Shown: positions 30,423-40,395, counted from the first letter of the stretch. The stretch: DNA of 64,000 nt from Gammaproteobacteria bacterium (GCA_030066665.1 JASJBD010000003.1:3565-67564); one strand, 5' to 3'. Made by a program: numbers and translations. The notes: a model not told the origin generated them from the sequence alone.

Positions 30423-30506
30423 AGGAACTGGTTCACAGTTCACCTGCGCGCTCGAATGTCATAATGTTTTGGCGGATTGTGCGGATGTTGTTGGGAGCCT
30501 TGGCGA

Positions 30507-31154
30507 ATGAACGCTGAGCGACTGGGCTGGATTATCGTTGTCACTGCCACCCTGGTGGCGCTGCAGGCGATGGCAGCCGATAAGTCCGGGAAAGTCTATC
30601 GCTGGACCGACAGGAACGGCGTCGTGCACTACGGCGACCGCGTTCCGCCCGAGCATATTTCCCAAGATCGCGAGATCCTGAACGAACACGGCATACCGGT
30701 CGCCCGCGAGGAAGGCGAGAGGACCGAGGCCGAACGCGCGGCCGAAGCCGAGGCCGCAGCGCTTGAAGCCGAAATTGCGCGGGTCAAGGCCGAGGCCGAC
30801 GAGCGCGACGGCATCCTGCTGAACACCTATTTGTCGGTGCGCGAAATCGAGTCCCTGCGCAATCAGCGCACCGAAATGATCGACAGCCAGATCAAGCTGA
30901 CCGAGCTGTACCTCGAAAGCCTGCACATCAAGCTGAGCAAACTGCAGAAGGATGCGTCACGCTTCCGGCCGTACAGCTCCGATCCGAACGCGCCGCCGAT
31001 CCACCACAATCTCGCCAGGGAATTGTCCGACACCCTGGACTCGATCATCCTTTACGAGCAGAACCTCGAAGATGCCCGCATGCGCAAGAATGCGGTAGTC
31101 CAGAAGTTCGCGGCGGACATCGACCGCTTCAAGGAACTAAAGGGACTGCCGTAG
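30507..31154 (+). CDS. DUF4124 domain protein with a coiled-coil C-terminus
   Basis: Signal peptide, then KVYRWTDRNGVVHYGDRVPPEH (the DUF4124 signature as I recall it), followed by Ala/Glu-rich coiled coil. Confidence 0.72.
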   Translation: MNAERLGWIIVVTATLVALQAMAADKSGKVYRWTDRNGVVHYGDRVPPEHISQDREILNEHGIPVAREEGERTEAERAAEAEAAALEAEIARVKAEADERDGILLNTYLSVREIESLRNQRTEMIDSQIKLTELYLESLHIKLSKLQKDASRFRPYSSDPNAPPIHHNLARELSDTLDSIILYEQNLEDARMRKNAVVQKFAADIDRFKELKGLP

Positions 31155-31158
31155 CGCG

Positions 31159-31617
31159 TCAGCGGCCGGTGCTCCCAAACCCGCCAGCACCCCTGTCACT
31201 GGCCGTGAATTCCTCCACTACCTCGAATTGTGCCTGGACCACTGGCACGAACACCATCTGGGCGATGCGTTCACCCGGTTGGATAACGAATGACCTGTGG
31301 CCGCGGTTCCAGCACGACACGAAGACTTGTCCCTGGTAGTCCGAGTCGATCAATCCGACCAGGTTGCCGAGCACGATGCCATGCTTGTGACCAAGCCCCG
31401 AGCGCGGCAGCAGGGTTGCGGCCAGGCCCGGATCTTCCATGTGAATCGCGATCCCGGAAGGAATCAATTCCGTCTGGCCCGGCTCGAGAGTCACCGGACC
31501 ATCGAGGCAGGCGCGCAGATCGATGCCGGCGGAACCGCTGGTCGCGTACTCCGGCAGCGGGAACTCACCGCCGATGCGATCATCGAGAATCTTCAGCTGG
31601 ACGCTGCGCAGGGACAT
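31159..31617 (-). CDS. dut: dUTP diphosphatase
   Basis: Start moved to [16 protein letters not shown]. Motifs are [31 protein letters not shown] and [12 protein letters not shown]. Confidence 0.93.
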   Translation of the reverse strand: MSLRSVQLKILDDRIGGEFPLPEYATSGSAGIDLRACLDGPVTLEPGQTELIPSGIAIHMEDPGLAATLLPRSGLGHKHGIVLGNLVGLIDSDYQGQVFVSCWNRGHRSFVIQPGERIAQMVFVPVVQAQFEVVEEFTASDRGAGGFGSTGR

Positions 31618-31630
31618 CGAGCAGCGATCC

Positions 31631-32872
31631 TCAGGATGCTGAAGGTTGCCGCAATGGCGTCGGTGCGTTGATCGCAGCGCGATACCGCGCGGCGATGATA
31701 GCGACCAGCTCGGTCGCGAGGTCCGACTTGCGCATACTCGGTATCGCCTCCTCACCACCATCCCAGATCACCAGCGCACTGTTGTCTTCGCAGTCGAAGC
31801 CGAGATTCTCACCCACGAGGTTGGCCACGATCATGTCGAGGTCCTTCGCCAGCAGCTTCGCGCGGGCGTGCTCCTCCAGTTTCTCGGTCTCGGCGGCAAA
31901 ACCTACCGTGAACGGTCCGCCCGCCTGCGCCGCGATGGTCGCGAGCACATCCTGCGACCGGATCATGTCCAGCTGCAGCGTGTCGCTGCGTTTCTTGATC
32001 TTCTGCGGCCGAACCGCGGCCGGTCGATAGTCCGAGATTGCTGCTGCCCCGATATAGATGTTGGCCTGGGCCGCCTGGTTCAGCGCCTCGGTGCACATCT
32101 CGGCCGCTGTTTCGACATCGATCCGCCGCACGCCCGGCGGTGTCGGCAGATTCACTGGCCCCGCAACCAGGGTCACATTCGCGCCGGCAGCAGCCGCTGC
32201 CCTCGCAATGGCGAAGCCCATCTTGCCGGAGCTGCGATTACTGACAAAGCGCACGGGATCGATGGGCTCGCGAGTCGGGCCCGCGGTGACGAGGACATTC
32301 AGGTTCGCCAGCACGTTCCTGTCGACCGCCTCGGCACCGAGCACGGCGGCAACAATGTCCGCCGGCTCGACCATCCGACCGGGACCGGTATCGCCGCAGG
32401 CCTGGCTGCCGTCGTCCGGACCGATAAAGGAGACGCCGCGATCGAGCAAAGTTTGCCGATTGGCCTGCGTGGCCGCATGCCGCCACATCGCCTGGTTCAT
32501 TGCCGGCGCGAGGAACAGTGGCGCATCACTCGCCAGGCACAGGGTGGTCAACAAGCTGCCTGCGGATCCGGCTGCAAGCTCGGCCATGACATTGGCTGTC
32601 GCCGGCGCGATCACGATAGCGTCGGCCCAGCGCGCCAGCTCGATGTGGCTCATGGCTGCTTCGGCCTGTTCATCCCAGAGATCGCCGCGAACCGGTTCAC
32701 CGGACACCGCCTGGAACACCACGGGTGAGACCAGCCGCGCGGCGCTGGGCGTGACCACTACCCGGACCTCGGCGCCCTGCTCAAGCAGGCGCCGCACAAG
32801 ATCGGGGCTTTTGTACGCCGCAATACCACCGGTTACCCCGAGCAGCACGCGACGCGGGCGGTCAGTAGTCAT
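31631..32872 (-). CDS. coaBC: Bifunctional phosphopantothenoylcysteine decarboxylase / phosphopantothenate-cysteine ligase
   Basis: [21 protein letters not shown]...PAMNQAMW...[24 protein letters not shown]...AAAISDYRP. Confidence 0.93.
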   Translation of the reverse strand: MTTDRPRRVLLGVTGGIAAYKSPDLVRRLLEQGAEVRVVVTPSAARLVSPVVFQAVSGEPVRGDLWDEQAEAAMSHIELARWADAIVIAPATANVMAELAAGSAGSLLTTLCLASDAPLFLAPAMNQAMWRHAATQANRQTLLDRGVSFIGPDDGSQACGDTGPGRMVEPADIVAAVLGAEAVDRNVLANLNVLVTAGPTREPIDPVRFVSNRSSGKMGFAIARAAAAAGANVTLVAGPVNLPTPPGVRRIDVETAAEMCTEALNQAAQANIYIGAAAISDYRPAAVRPQKIKKRSDTLQLDMIRSQDVLATIAAQAGGPFTVGFAAETEKLEEHARAKLLAKDLDMIVANLVGENLGFDCEDNSALVIWDGGEEAIPSMRKSDLATELVAIIAARYRAAINAPTPLRQPSAS

Positions 32873-32995
32873 CGCACAGGCACCAAATAATCACGTTTAG
32901 GTTACAAGAAAAGCCACTGCCGGTCGCCGCGTTTTGTCGCCATTGGGACCGGATTCACGACTTGGGGCCGGTTCGGTCCGTGGCCAGAATGGGCC

Positions 32996-33679
32996 ATGCA
33001 AAGCGGCTCGATCAAGACCTGGCCACGAGCGGAGCGGCCCCGCGAGCGATTGGCACATGGCGGGCCGGCGCAACTCTCGGATGCCGAGGTACTGGCCATC
33101 ATGCTGGGTCGCGGTGGCCACGGCATGACCGCGCTGGACCTGTCACGCCATCTACTGACCCGATTTGGCGGGGTGCGCGGGGTGCTGAATGCCAGTGGCC
33201 CCGAGCTGGAGTCCGTGCACGGCGTCGGTCCCGGTCGGGCCGCGTTGATTCAGGCAGCACGGGAATGCTGTATTCGCTACCTACAGGAGAAGCTCGCGCC
33301 TGGTCAGACCATGGGCTCCCCAGGCGACAGCCGCGATTTTTTGCTGGCGCGACTGCGTGACCGACCGCACGAGGTCTTTTGCTGCCTGTTCCTGGACAAC
33401 CGGCATCGGGTGCTGGCCTTCGATGAACTCTTTCGAGGCACGATCGACAACACGACCGTGTATCCGCGCGAGGTCGTCAAGCAGGCGCTGGCGCGCAACG
33501 CGGCGGCGGCTATCCTTGCGCACAATCATCCTTCCGGGGTCGCCGAGCCAAGCGATGCAGATCAGCTGATTACCCGGCGGATCCGTGATGCGCTCGACCT
33601 GGTGGATATCCGGCTGCTGGACCACTTCATTATTGGCGACGGCAGTTGCGTGTCGCTGGCCAGTCGCGGGCTGCTGTAG
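32996..33679 (+). CDS. radC: RadC-family JAB/MPN domain protein
   Basis: IKTWPRAERPRERL...LSDAEVLAIMLG...HNHPSGVAEPSDADQLITRRI contains the JAMM motif. Confidence 0.88.
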   Translation: MQSGSIKTWPRAERPRERLAHGGPAQLSDAEVLAIMLGRGGHGMTALDLSRHLLTRFGGVRGVLNASGPELESVHGVGPGRAALIQAARECCIRYLQEKLAPGQTMGSPGDSRDFLLARLRDRPHEVFCCLFLDNRHRVLAFDELFRGTIDNTTVYPREVVKQALARNAAAAILAHNHPSGVAEPSDADQLITRRIRDALDLVDIRLLDHFIIGDGSCVSLASRGLL

Positions 33680-33685
33680 GTTGTT

Positions 33686-33713
33686 GGGGACATTCTGTCT
33701 GCAGAATGTCCCC
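33686..33713 (+). terminator. Perfect 12-bp stem / 4-nt loop hairpin after radC, abutting the rpmB promoter -35
   Basis: GGGGACATTCTG-TCTG-CAGAATGTCCCC, read directly. There is no U tract, so it could equally be an operator or an RNA-stability element. Confidence 0.35.
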
Positions 33714-33715
33714 GG

Positions 33716-33744
33716 TTGCCTATGATCCGCCAGACTGGTATAAA
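33716..33744 (+). promoter_or_regulatory. Putative sigma-70 promoter of rpmB-rpmG
   Basis: TTGCCT-N17-TATAAA(T), about 58 nt upstream of the rpmB ATG. Confidence 0.5.
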
Positions 33745-33802
33745 TGCGCCCCTTTCGCCGCCGATGAATGGCGGCAAGCCACTGAATTTTAAGAGGTTCA
33801 CG

Positions 33803-34039
33803 ATGTCCCGCGTCTGTCAGGTGACTGGTAAACGGCCCGCGAGCGGCAACAACGTGTCACACGCCAACAACAAGACCCGGCGCCGGTTCTTGCCGAACCT
33901 GCACACCCACCGGTTCTGGCTCGAGAAAGAGCAGCGCTACGTGAAGCTGCGGGTGTCGACCAAGGGCCTGCGCATCATTGACAAGCGCGGCATCGACGCG
34001 GTGGTTAACGAATTGCGCGCCAAGGGCGTGAAAGTCTGA
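33803..34039 (+). CDS. rpmB: 50S ribosomal protein L28
   Basis: [39 protein letters not shown]..., with AAGAGG 8 nt upstream. Confidence 0.96.
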   Translation: MSRVCQVTGKRPASGNNVSHANNKTRRRFLPNLHTHRFWLEKEQRYVKLRVSTKGLRIIDKRGIDAVVNELRAKGVKV

Positions 34040-34067
34040 ACCCGGACGAGCTGCCAGGAGAAAGCTG

Positions 34068-34235
34068 ATGGCCAAAGGCGTTCGCGAAAAAATCAAACTG
34101 GTGTCGACCGCCGATACCGGTCACTTTTACACCACGACCAAGAACAAGAAGCTGCACCCGGAGAAAATGGAAGTTAAGAAATTTGATCCGAAGGTGCGCA
34201 AGCACGTCCTCTACAAGGAAGCAAAGATCAAGTAA
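34068..34235 (+). CDS. rpmG: 50S ribosomal protein L33
   Basis: Not in the ORF track (55 aa). My translation is [55 protein letters not shown], with an AGGAGAAAG RBS. Confidence 0.95.
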   Translation: MAKGVREKIKLVSTADTGHFYTTTKNKKLHPEKMEVKKFDPKVRKHVLYKEAKIK

Positions 34236-34349
34236 GCCGCCGCGTTCACGCGGGCCGCGCCGGCGATAATTCGCCTTGCTCCCATTCAAAAGTCGCTGCG
34301 GCGAGTTCTCGCCACCACGGCCCGCACGATCGGCGGGCTGCTGAGTCCC

Positions 34350-35528
34350 TTAGGCTGGTTGTGGGATGTAGCCGCGCAGGTTGGCGGAGAATTCCTGCAA
34401 CGCCTTGATACCACTGGCTTCGGCCCGGTTACACCACTCGCGCAGCTGGCGCACCAGTTTGTCGTTGCTGACGTTAGCCTGTTCCCACACTGCCTGTAGC
34501 TGCTGCCGGTATTCATGCACCGTACGCAGCGCGGCGTTTTGCTCCAGCAGTCGGGCGAGTTTCGCGCGGGCCTTGTCGTCGAGCAGCTGTGGCCGCCGGA
34601 TCAGCAACTTGCGGGCGCGCCGCAGCAGTTCGTGATTCTCGGCATTGCGCAACTCACGGCGCAGCACCGGCAACATGACCTGGCGGGAGTAGTCACGCAG
34701 CACGTGCATCCGGTTCTGCAAGACCGCGCTGACCGTCTCGATGTCCACACTCCGCGGCTCATCGGCGAAATGCGGTTGCGGTGCAACGCGCCGTACTTTG
34801 CACAGCCCGACACTCTTCAACACGCTGATATACAGCCAGCCGATATCGAACTCCCAAGCGCGCATCGAAAACTTGGCGGACGTCGGAAACGCGTGGTGAT
34901 TGTTGTGTAGCTCTTCACCTCCGACGAAAAGTCCCCACGGGACCAGGTTGGTCGACGCATCATCGGATTCGAAGTTGCGATAACCCTTGGCATGTCCGAG
35001 GCCATTGATTACGCCGGCAGCGAAAAACGGCATAGTCAGCATCTGCACCGCCCAGATCGTGATGCCCGCCACACCGAACAGCAACAAATCTATGACCGCC
35101 ATGATGGCCAGCCCCGCGACACTGGAGCGACCGTAGATGTTGCGCTCGACCCAGTCGTCCGGGCAGCCGCGGCCGTATTTCTCCAGGGTCTCACTCTTGG
35201 CCGCTTCGACGCGGTACAGTTCAGCCCCTTCCCAAAGCACCTTTTGCAGGCCAAAGACGACAGGACTATGCGGGTCGCCTTCGCGTTCGCACAGCGCATG
35301 ATGTTTGCGATGCACGGCAACCCATTCGCGGGTTTCCATGCCGGATGTCAGCCAGATCCACAGGCGGAAAAAGTGCCGGAGGGCCGGGTGCAGGTCGATG
35401 GCGCGATGCGCCTGATCTCGGTGCAGGTAGAGCGTGACGGCCATCATGGAGACCTGGACCATCACGAAGGTGACCGCGACCAGGCCCCACAAGGGCAGAT
35501 CGAGCAGTCCAAACAGGTAGTCCGACAT
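34350..35528 (-). CDS. Membrane fatty-acid (acyl-lipid/acyl-CoA delta-9 type) desaturase
   Basis: Start moved to MSDYLFGLLDLPLWG. The histidine boxes are HRDQAHR, HRKHHALCEREGDPHSP and HNNHHAFP. Confidence 0.85.
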   Translation of the reverse strand: MSDYLFGLLDLPLWGLVAVTFVMVQVSMMAVTLYLHRDQAHRAIDLHPALRHFFRLWIWLTSGMETREWVAVHRKHHALCEREGDPHSPVVFGLQKVLWEGAELYRVEAAKSETLEKYGRGCPDDWVERNIYGRSSVAGLAIMAVIDLLLFGVAGITIWAVQMLTMPFFAAGVINGLGHAKGYRNFESDDASTNLVPWGLFVGGEELHNNHHAFPTSAKFSMRAWEFDIGWLYISVLKSVGLCKVRRVAPQPHFADEPRSVDIETVSAVLQNRMHVLRDYSRQVMLPVLRRELRNAENHELLRRARKLLIRRPQLLDDKARAKLARLLEQNAALRTVHEYRQQLQAVWEQANVSNDKLVRQLREWCNRAEASGIKALQEFSANLRGYIPQPA

Positions 35529-35685
35529 CAGACGAAAAACTCCTTGAAACGCAAAGCGCGCGCCACTATAGCTGAAGCGCACCGGGGCCTCCAACGACAT
35601 AATCCGCTCATTGAGAGGCAGTTCCGGAACCCGTTCTCATTCCGGAACATCGGCGCCCGAACCGGTCTTTTTTGAGCGATGCAGC

Positions 35686-36501
35686 ATGCCTGAGCTACCT
35701 GAAGTTGAGATCACGCGGCGGGGCATCGAGCCCGTGCTCCGGGGCCAGCGAATCAAGCAGCTGGCCGTGCGCAGCCGCAAACTGCGCTGGCCGATCCCGC
35801 GGGGACTGGAGCAACGGCTGCATGGCGCCACGGTTGCTGCGGTCGATCGCCGGGCCAAATATCTGTTGTTGCGCACGGACCAGGGCACGGCCCTGATACA
35901 CCTTGGTATGACCGGCGGCCTGCGGCTGGTTGCGGACCGAAAAGCACCGAACAAGCACGATCATTACGACATCGTGCTGGAAAATGGCTCGATCGTGCGA
36001 TTTAACGACACCCGGCGCTTCGGCAGCCTGCTGTGGGCCGGCGACCGGCCCGAACGCCACCGCCTGCTGCGTGACCTGGGGCCGGAACCGCTGGGCCCGG
36101 GCTTCACCGGAGATTACCTGCGCCGGGTCAGCCGCGGCCGGCGCGTCGCGATCAAGCAGTTACTGATGAATGCACACATCGTGGTCGGAGTCGGCAACAT
36201 CTACGCCAGCGAAGCCCTGTTCCGGGCCGGCATCAATCCAAAACGCGCAGCCGGCCGGATCTCCCTGCCGCGCATGGAGCGCCTGACCGATACGGTGCGT
36301 GAAGTATTGCGGGACTCCCTGCGTTCCGGTGGCACCACGCTGCGCGATTTCTACGGGGGCGATGGCCGGCCCGGCTATTTCGTCCGCGAGCTGCGGGTTT
36401 ACGACCGGGCCGACTTACCGTGCCTGGTATGCAGCGAGCCGATCCGCCACATCGTGCAGGGGCAGCGCTCCACCTACTACTGCAAGGGCTGCCAGACCTG
36501 A
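35686..36501 (+). CDS. mutM: Formamidopyrimidine-DNA glycosylase
   Basis: Start moved to MPELPEVE. There is an H2TH region and the C-terminal zinc finger CLVCSEPIRHIVQGQRSTYYCKGCQ. Confidence 0.93.
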   Translation: MPELPEVEITRRGIEPVLRGQRIKQLAVRSRKLRWPIPRGLEQRLHGATVAAVDRRAKYLLLRTDQGTALIHLGMTGGLRLVADRKAPNKHDHYDIVLENGSIVRFNDTRRFGSLLWAGDRPERHRLLRDLGPEPLGPGFTGDYLRRVSRGRRVAIKQLLMNAHIVVGVGNIYASEALFRAGINPKRAAGRISLPRMERLTDTVREVLRDSLRSGGTTLRDFYGGDGRPGYFVRELRVYDRADLPCLVCSEPIRHIVQGQRSTYYCKGCQT

Positions 36502-36512
36502 AGCTGCTGCGT

Positions 36513-38201
36513 TCAGTAAACCCGACCTTCGCCAAGTCCGCGAGGATCGGACGCGGCTTCCACCACGTTACCGTCGAAGTCCCAGGTCACGACATTCATG
36601 TTGCCAAATGCGCGACGGCTCTCGCGCAGCTGATGACCGCGTTCCGTCAGGCCCGGGATTTCCTCGTCCGTGAACGCGCCCGGCTCGTAGTTCACACGAT
36701 CGGGATAGAACTGGTGATGGAATCTCTTTAGCGCCACCATGTCCGCGGCGCTGGCACCCTCGTACCACGCCAGGGAGCTGCGCAACACCATGGTGATAAT
36801 GCGGCTGCCGCCCGGCGTGCCGAGTATCGCAATGCCGCGGTCCGATTCAAGAAATGTCGGCGACATGCTGGAAAGCGGTCGCTTGCCAGGCGCGACCGCA
36901 TTCGCGAATCCGCCCAGCAAATCAAAACCATTGGGAACGCCCGGCGCGATCGCAAAATCGTCCATTTCATTATTCAGAATCACGCCGGTTCCTGGCGGCA
37001 TGAAGCCGGCACCGAACCAGCCGTTGATTGTCTGCGTCACCGCGACGCGATTACCGTCCGCATCGAGCACCGAAAAATGCGTCGTTTGCCTGGCTTCCGC
37101 GCCGGCCGGCCAGATACCCGGCAGGCTCACCGATGCCGTTGCTTTGTCGAGCCGAATACTCGCCCGCTGGCCGGCCGCGTAGTGCGGATGCATCAGCCGA
37201 TCCCCGGGAACAGAAACGAAGTCCGGATCGCCGAGGTACAGCGCCCGGTCACGATACGCGCGCCGCATGGCCTCAACCAGGACGTGCTTGCGGGTCGCAC
37301 CATCCAGCCGTGCGATGTCGTAGCCGGCAAGGATGTTGAGCATGTTGGCGATCGCTATGCCGCCGGACGACGGGGGTGGCGCGCTGATGACGCGCATATC
37401 GCGATAGGTTGCACGAACCGGCTCGCGCTCCACGACTTTGTATTGCTCGAGATCCGCGAGCGTCCAGATTCCGCCCGCCGCCCGCGTGCCTTCCACCAGC
37501 AGGCGCGCCGTTTCACCACGGTAGAAGCCATCCACGCCGTCCGCTGCGAATCGGCGCAGCGTCGTCGCCAGGTCCGGTTGACGCACCAGGTCCGATTCCT
37601 CGAGCATTTCGTCGCCGGGATAGAACACGTCCCCGAACGCGGGCCACGCCTCGGCGGTGCGACGGCGCATGCGCAAGCCCAGCAGGGTACGCACTGATGG
37701 CGTGTACCCATTCTCGGCCAGGCGGATCGCAGGCTCCAGGTTCTGCGCCAGCGACAATTTGCCGTAGCGGTCCGTCACGTGCGCGAGTCCTGCCGGGTGA
37801 CCCGGGATACCGGCTGCCAGGGGGCCGTTCAGCGACGCCCGCGTGTTCGCGTTACCGTCCTCGTCCAGGTACATGTCGCGGGTGGCGGCGGCGGGCGCGA
37901 TTTCTCTCGCATCCACGAATACGTAACGGTCTTCGGCCGCAATGTAGAGCAAAAAGAAACTGCCGCCACCCATGCCGGACGATTGCGGCTCGACCACGCC
38001 GAGCGCTGCAGACACGGCCACGGCCGCGTCAAAGGCATTGCCGCCGGCCTGCAACACCTCGTACCCGGCCGCGGTGGCCCGCGGATCCGCGCTGGCAATG
38101 CCGGCCTTGCCGGGTGCGGCGGCCAGCGCCTGTGCCACCAGCAGCGTCGCAAACGCCAGGATCATGCCGGCACGCATGGCTAGTCCGGAAGTTCTGGTCA
38201 T
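36513..38201 (-). CDS. ggt: Gamma-glutamyltransferase
   Basis: Signal peptide. The autoprocessing/nucleophile motif is QTTHFSVLDADGN. PGGSRIIT lies near the C-terminus. Confidence 0.9.
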   Translation of the reverse strand: MTRTSGLAMRAGMILAFATLLVAQALAAAPGKAGIASADPRATAAGYEVLQAGGNAFDAAVAVSAALGVVEPQSSGMGGGSFFLLYIAAEDRYVFVDAREIAPAAATRDMYLDEDGNANTRASLNGPLAAGIPGHPAGLAHVTDRYGKLSLAQNLEPAIRLAENGYTPSVRTLLGLRMRRRTAEAWPAFGDVFYPGDEMLEESDLVRQPDLATTLRRFAADGVDGFYRGETARLLVEGTRAAGGIWTLADLEQYKVVEREPVRATYRDMRVISAPPPSSGGIAIANMLNILAGYDIARLDGATRKHVLVEAMRRAYRDRALYLGDPDFVSVPGDRLMHPHYAAGQRASIRLDKATASVSLPGIWPAGAEARQTTHFSVLDADGNRVAVTQTINGWFGAGFMPPGTGVILNNEMDDFAIAPGVPNGFDLLGGFANAVAPGKRPLSSMSPTFLESDRGIAILGTPGGSRIITMVLRSSLAWYEGASAADMVALKRFHHQFYPDRVNYEPGAFTDEEIPGLTERGHQLRESRRAFGNMNVVTWDFDGNVVEAASDPRGLGEGRVY

Positions 38202-38229
38202 GGGATCCTCAGTGATCAGTGGCCGATGT

Positions 38230-38712
38230 TCAGGGCGCGAAACGTTGGTTCAGCGCGTCCTGCACGACCGGGTGTACAAAGCTGCTGACATCGCCACCCA
38301 GCGCGGCAACCTCACGAACCAGCGTTGCCGAGATGAAAGTGTATTCCGCTTCCGGACAAAGAAAGACGGTTTCGACGTCGGATCGCAGGTGGCGGTTCAT
38401 GCTCGATAACTGGAACTCGTACTCGAAGTCCGACACGGCGCGGAGACCGCGAATAACGACGCTCAGGCCGTGGTCGCGCGCATATTCCACGGTCAGTCCG
38501 GTGTAACTGTCGACGCTGACGTTGCCGATATCCGACAGCACCTCGGTGGCCAGTCGCGAGCGTTCTTCCACACTGAATAACGGCTGCTTGTGCGGACTTT
38601 CAGCAACGGCCACGACAATATGATCGAACACTTTCGCGGCCCGACGCAGCAGCTCGTGATGACCATTGGTTATCGGGTCAAAGGTCCCCGGATACATTGC
38701 TTTGACGGGCAT
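38230..38712 (-). CDS. coaD: Pantetheine-phosphate adenylyltransferase
   Basis: Start moved to MPVKAMYPGTFDPITNGHHELLRRA (160 aa). The 112-aa upstream extension in the track ORF is junk. Confidence 0.93.
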   Translation of the reverse strand: MPVKAMYPGTFDPITNGHHELLRRAAKVFDHIVVAVAESPHKQPLFSVEERSRLATEVLSDIGNVSVDSYTGLTVEYARDHGLSVVIRGLRAVSDFEYEFQLSSMNRHLRSDVETVFLCPEAEYTFISATLVREVAALGGDVSSFVHPVVQDALNQRFAP

Positions 38713-38764
38713 CGACACCCCCCTCTCCCCAGCCGGTCGCCGCAGTGGCCGGCTGGCATGACGC

Positions 38765-39346
38765 TCAAGAAAACCCGGCCAGCGCGTACCGCACTTTGCC
38801 CGCCGTTTTCTGCCGCAGCCATTCCCCTCCGGATGGCAGCTCGGGCAAGTCCTGGTCCCGGCCCGTCTCCAGGTAAACGCGTGCGCCCGGGGCGAGCCAG
38901 CCACCGGCCAGCAGTGTACACAAGTTTCCGAGGTCGGCGTTTCCGAACGGCGGATCGAGGAAGATGATATCGAAGGCCGTTGGCGAGCCACCCAGATAGC
39001 GATGCGCGTCGGCGACAACGATTTCGGCCGTATCATCGCCCAGCTCATGCACTATCTTGTCCAGGTGCCGCGCGATCCCGGGATCGGTATCGACGAAAGT
39101 GACTGTCGCTGCCCCGCGCGACAGCGCCTCGAGGCCGAGCGCCCCGGAACCCGCGAACAAATCAAGACACCGGGCGCCGCGGATTTCCGCCTGCAACCAG
39201 TTGAACAGCGTTTCGCGAACCCGGTCGCCGGTGGGCCGCACCGCACTATTGTCCGGAAGCGGAATCCGGCGGCCGCGCCAGCGACCGGCAATAATCCGCA
39301 ATGATCCGGGGCGCCGGTTTGCTCGTGCCATCGCAGCATTCTGCAT
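38765..39346 (-). CDS. rsmD: 16S rRNA (guanine966-N2)-methyltransferase
   Basis: LRIIAGRWRGRRI...RPTGDRVRETLFNWL...LDLFAGSGALGLEALSRGA...FLDPPF. The start is ATG 39346 or 39331. Confidence 0.87.
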   Translation of the reverse strand: MQNAAMARANRRPGSLRIIAGRWRGRRIPLPDNSAVRPTGDRVRETLFNWLQAEIRGARCLDLFAGSGALGLEALSRGAATVTFVDTDPGIARHLDKIVHELGDDTAEIVVADAHRYLGGSPTAFDIIFLDPPFGNADLGNLCTLLAGGWLAPGARVYLETGRDQDLPELPSGGEWLRQKTAGKVRYALAGFS

Positions 39347-39348
39347 GG

Positions 39349-39426
39349 GGTCGAACCGAGGTTTCTAGCACCACTCGCAGGCCGCCCGGCCCAGCGGCAG
39401 AAACCGCGGTTCGACCGCGGATTTTT
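39349..39426 (+). promoter_or_regulatory. Nested inverted repeats plus a terminator-like hairpin in the rsmD/ftsY divergent spacer
   Basis: GGTCGAACCGAGGTTT (39349-39364) is the reverse complement of AAACCGCGGTTCGACC (39401-39416) with 1 mismatch. Within and after the second arm lies CCGCGG-TTCGA-CCGCGG followed by ATTTTT (39404-39426). Confidence 0.4.
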
Positions 39427-39443
39427 CCGTTACCATCCGCGCC

Positions 39444-40391
39444 ATGTCGGAGCCGGTAGCAACCAAAAAACCGCGGCGCGGGTTCTTCAAACGGCTGCGC
39501 GAGCGGATCAATTCCGGGCGTGGCCTCGGACTCAGCCTGCGTTTCGCAGGCCGCAAGCTCGATGCCGAACTGGCGGAGGAACTCGAAACCGAACTCCTCG
39601 CGGCCGACGTTGGACTGGAAGCGACAGATCGCATTCTCGAGGCGCTGCGAAAGAAGCTGGGCGGACGGGCGATAGAAAAGGACGAGATGGTTACCGACGC
39701 GATGCGCGACGCGCTGGTCGAGTTATTGCGCCCGCGAGCCCGGCCACTGGTCATTCCGCCTGACATCAGGCCTTTCGTGATTCTCGTCGTAGGGGTCAAC
39801 GGCTCCGGCAAGACCACAACCATTGGCAAGTTGGCGCGCTTGCTGAGGGACGAAGGCCACTCGGTGATGCTGGCCGCGGGCGACACATACCGCGCGGCTG
39901 CGACCGAGCAACTGCAGGCCTGGGGCGAGCGCAATGACGTCCCGGTCGTTGCCCAGCATCCTGGGGCGGACCCTGCCGCAGTCATCTACGATGCTATCGC
40001 TGCCGCCCGTGCGCGCAACATCGACGTCCTGATCGCCGATACGGCCGGGCGTTTACAGAACAAAGCGGGACTCATGGCGGAACTGGAAAAGGTCGTGCGG
40101 GTTGCGGCCCGACTCGATGAGCAGGCGCCGCACGAACGAATGCTGGTGCTTGATGCCAGCCTTGGCCAGAATGCGGTCAACCAGGCGCTCGAGTTCAATG
40201 ATGTCGTCAAACTGACCGGTATCACGATGACCAAGCTCGACGGCGGCGGGAAGGGAGGTGTCCTGCTGTCACTCGCCGAACGGCTGGACGTGCCATTTCG
40301 TTTCGTCGGTGTCGGGGAGGGCATCGAGGATATGGATGTATTCGATGCGGAGCAGTTCGCCGCGGCTCTGGTAGGCAACGGCCAGGGTTGA
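39444..40391 (+). CDS. ftsY: Signal recognition particle receptor FtsY (short N-terminal region)
   Basis: FKRLRERI...VILVVGVNGSGKTTTIGKLA...DTAGRLQN...TKLDGGGKGG are NG-domain motifs. Confidence 0.93.
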   Translation: MSEPVATKKPRRGFFKRLRERINSGRGLGLSLRFAGRKLDAELAEELETELLAADVGLEATDRILEALRKKLGGRAIEKDEMVTDAMRDALVELLRPRARPLVIPPDIRPFVILVVGVNGSGKTTTIGKLARLLRDEGHSVMLAAGDTYRAAATEQLQAWGERNDVPVVAQHPGADPAAVIYDAIAAARARNIDVLIADTAGRLQNKAGLMAELEKVVRVAARLDEQAPHERMLVLDASLGQNAVNQALEFNDVVKLTGITMTKLDGGGKGGVLLSLAERLDVPFRFVGVGEGIEDMDVFDAEQFAAALVGNGQG

Positions 40392-40395
40392 AATC

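Noticed and set aside
31290-32900. Several 246-360-aa plus-strand ORFs opposite dut and coaBC
   Set aside because: Antisense shadows in high-GC DNA with low-complexity Arg/Ser/Ala-rich products. The minus-strand genes carry diagnostic motifs.
38713-39048. 112-aa N-terminal extension of the coaD track ORF
   Set aside because: The extension overlaps rsmD in another frame and is junk-like. CoaD homologues start at the M-x-x-x-x-YPGTFDP motif (ATG 38712).
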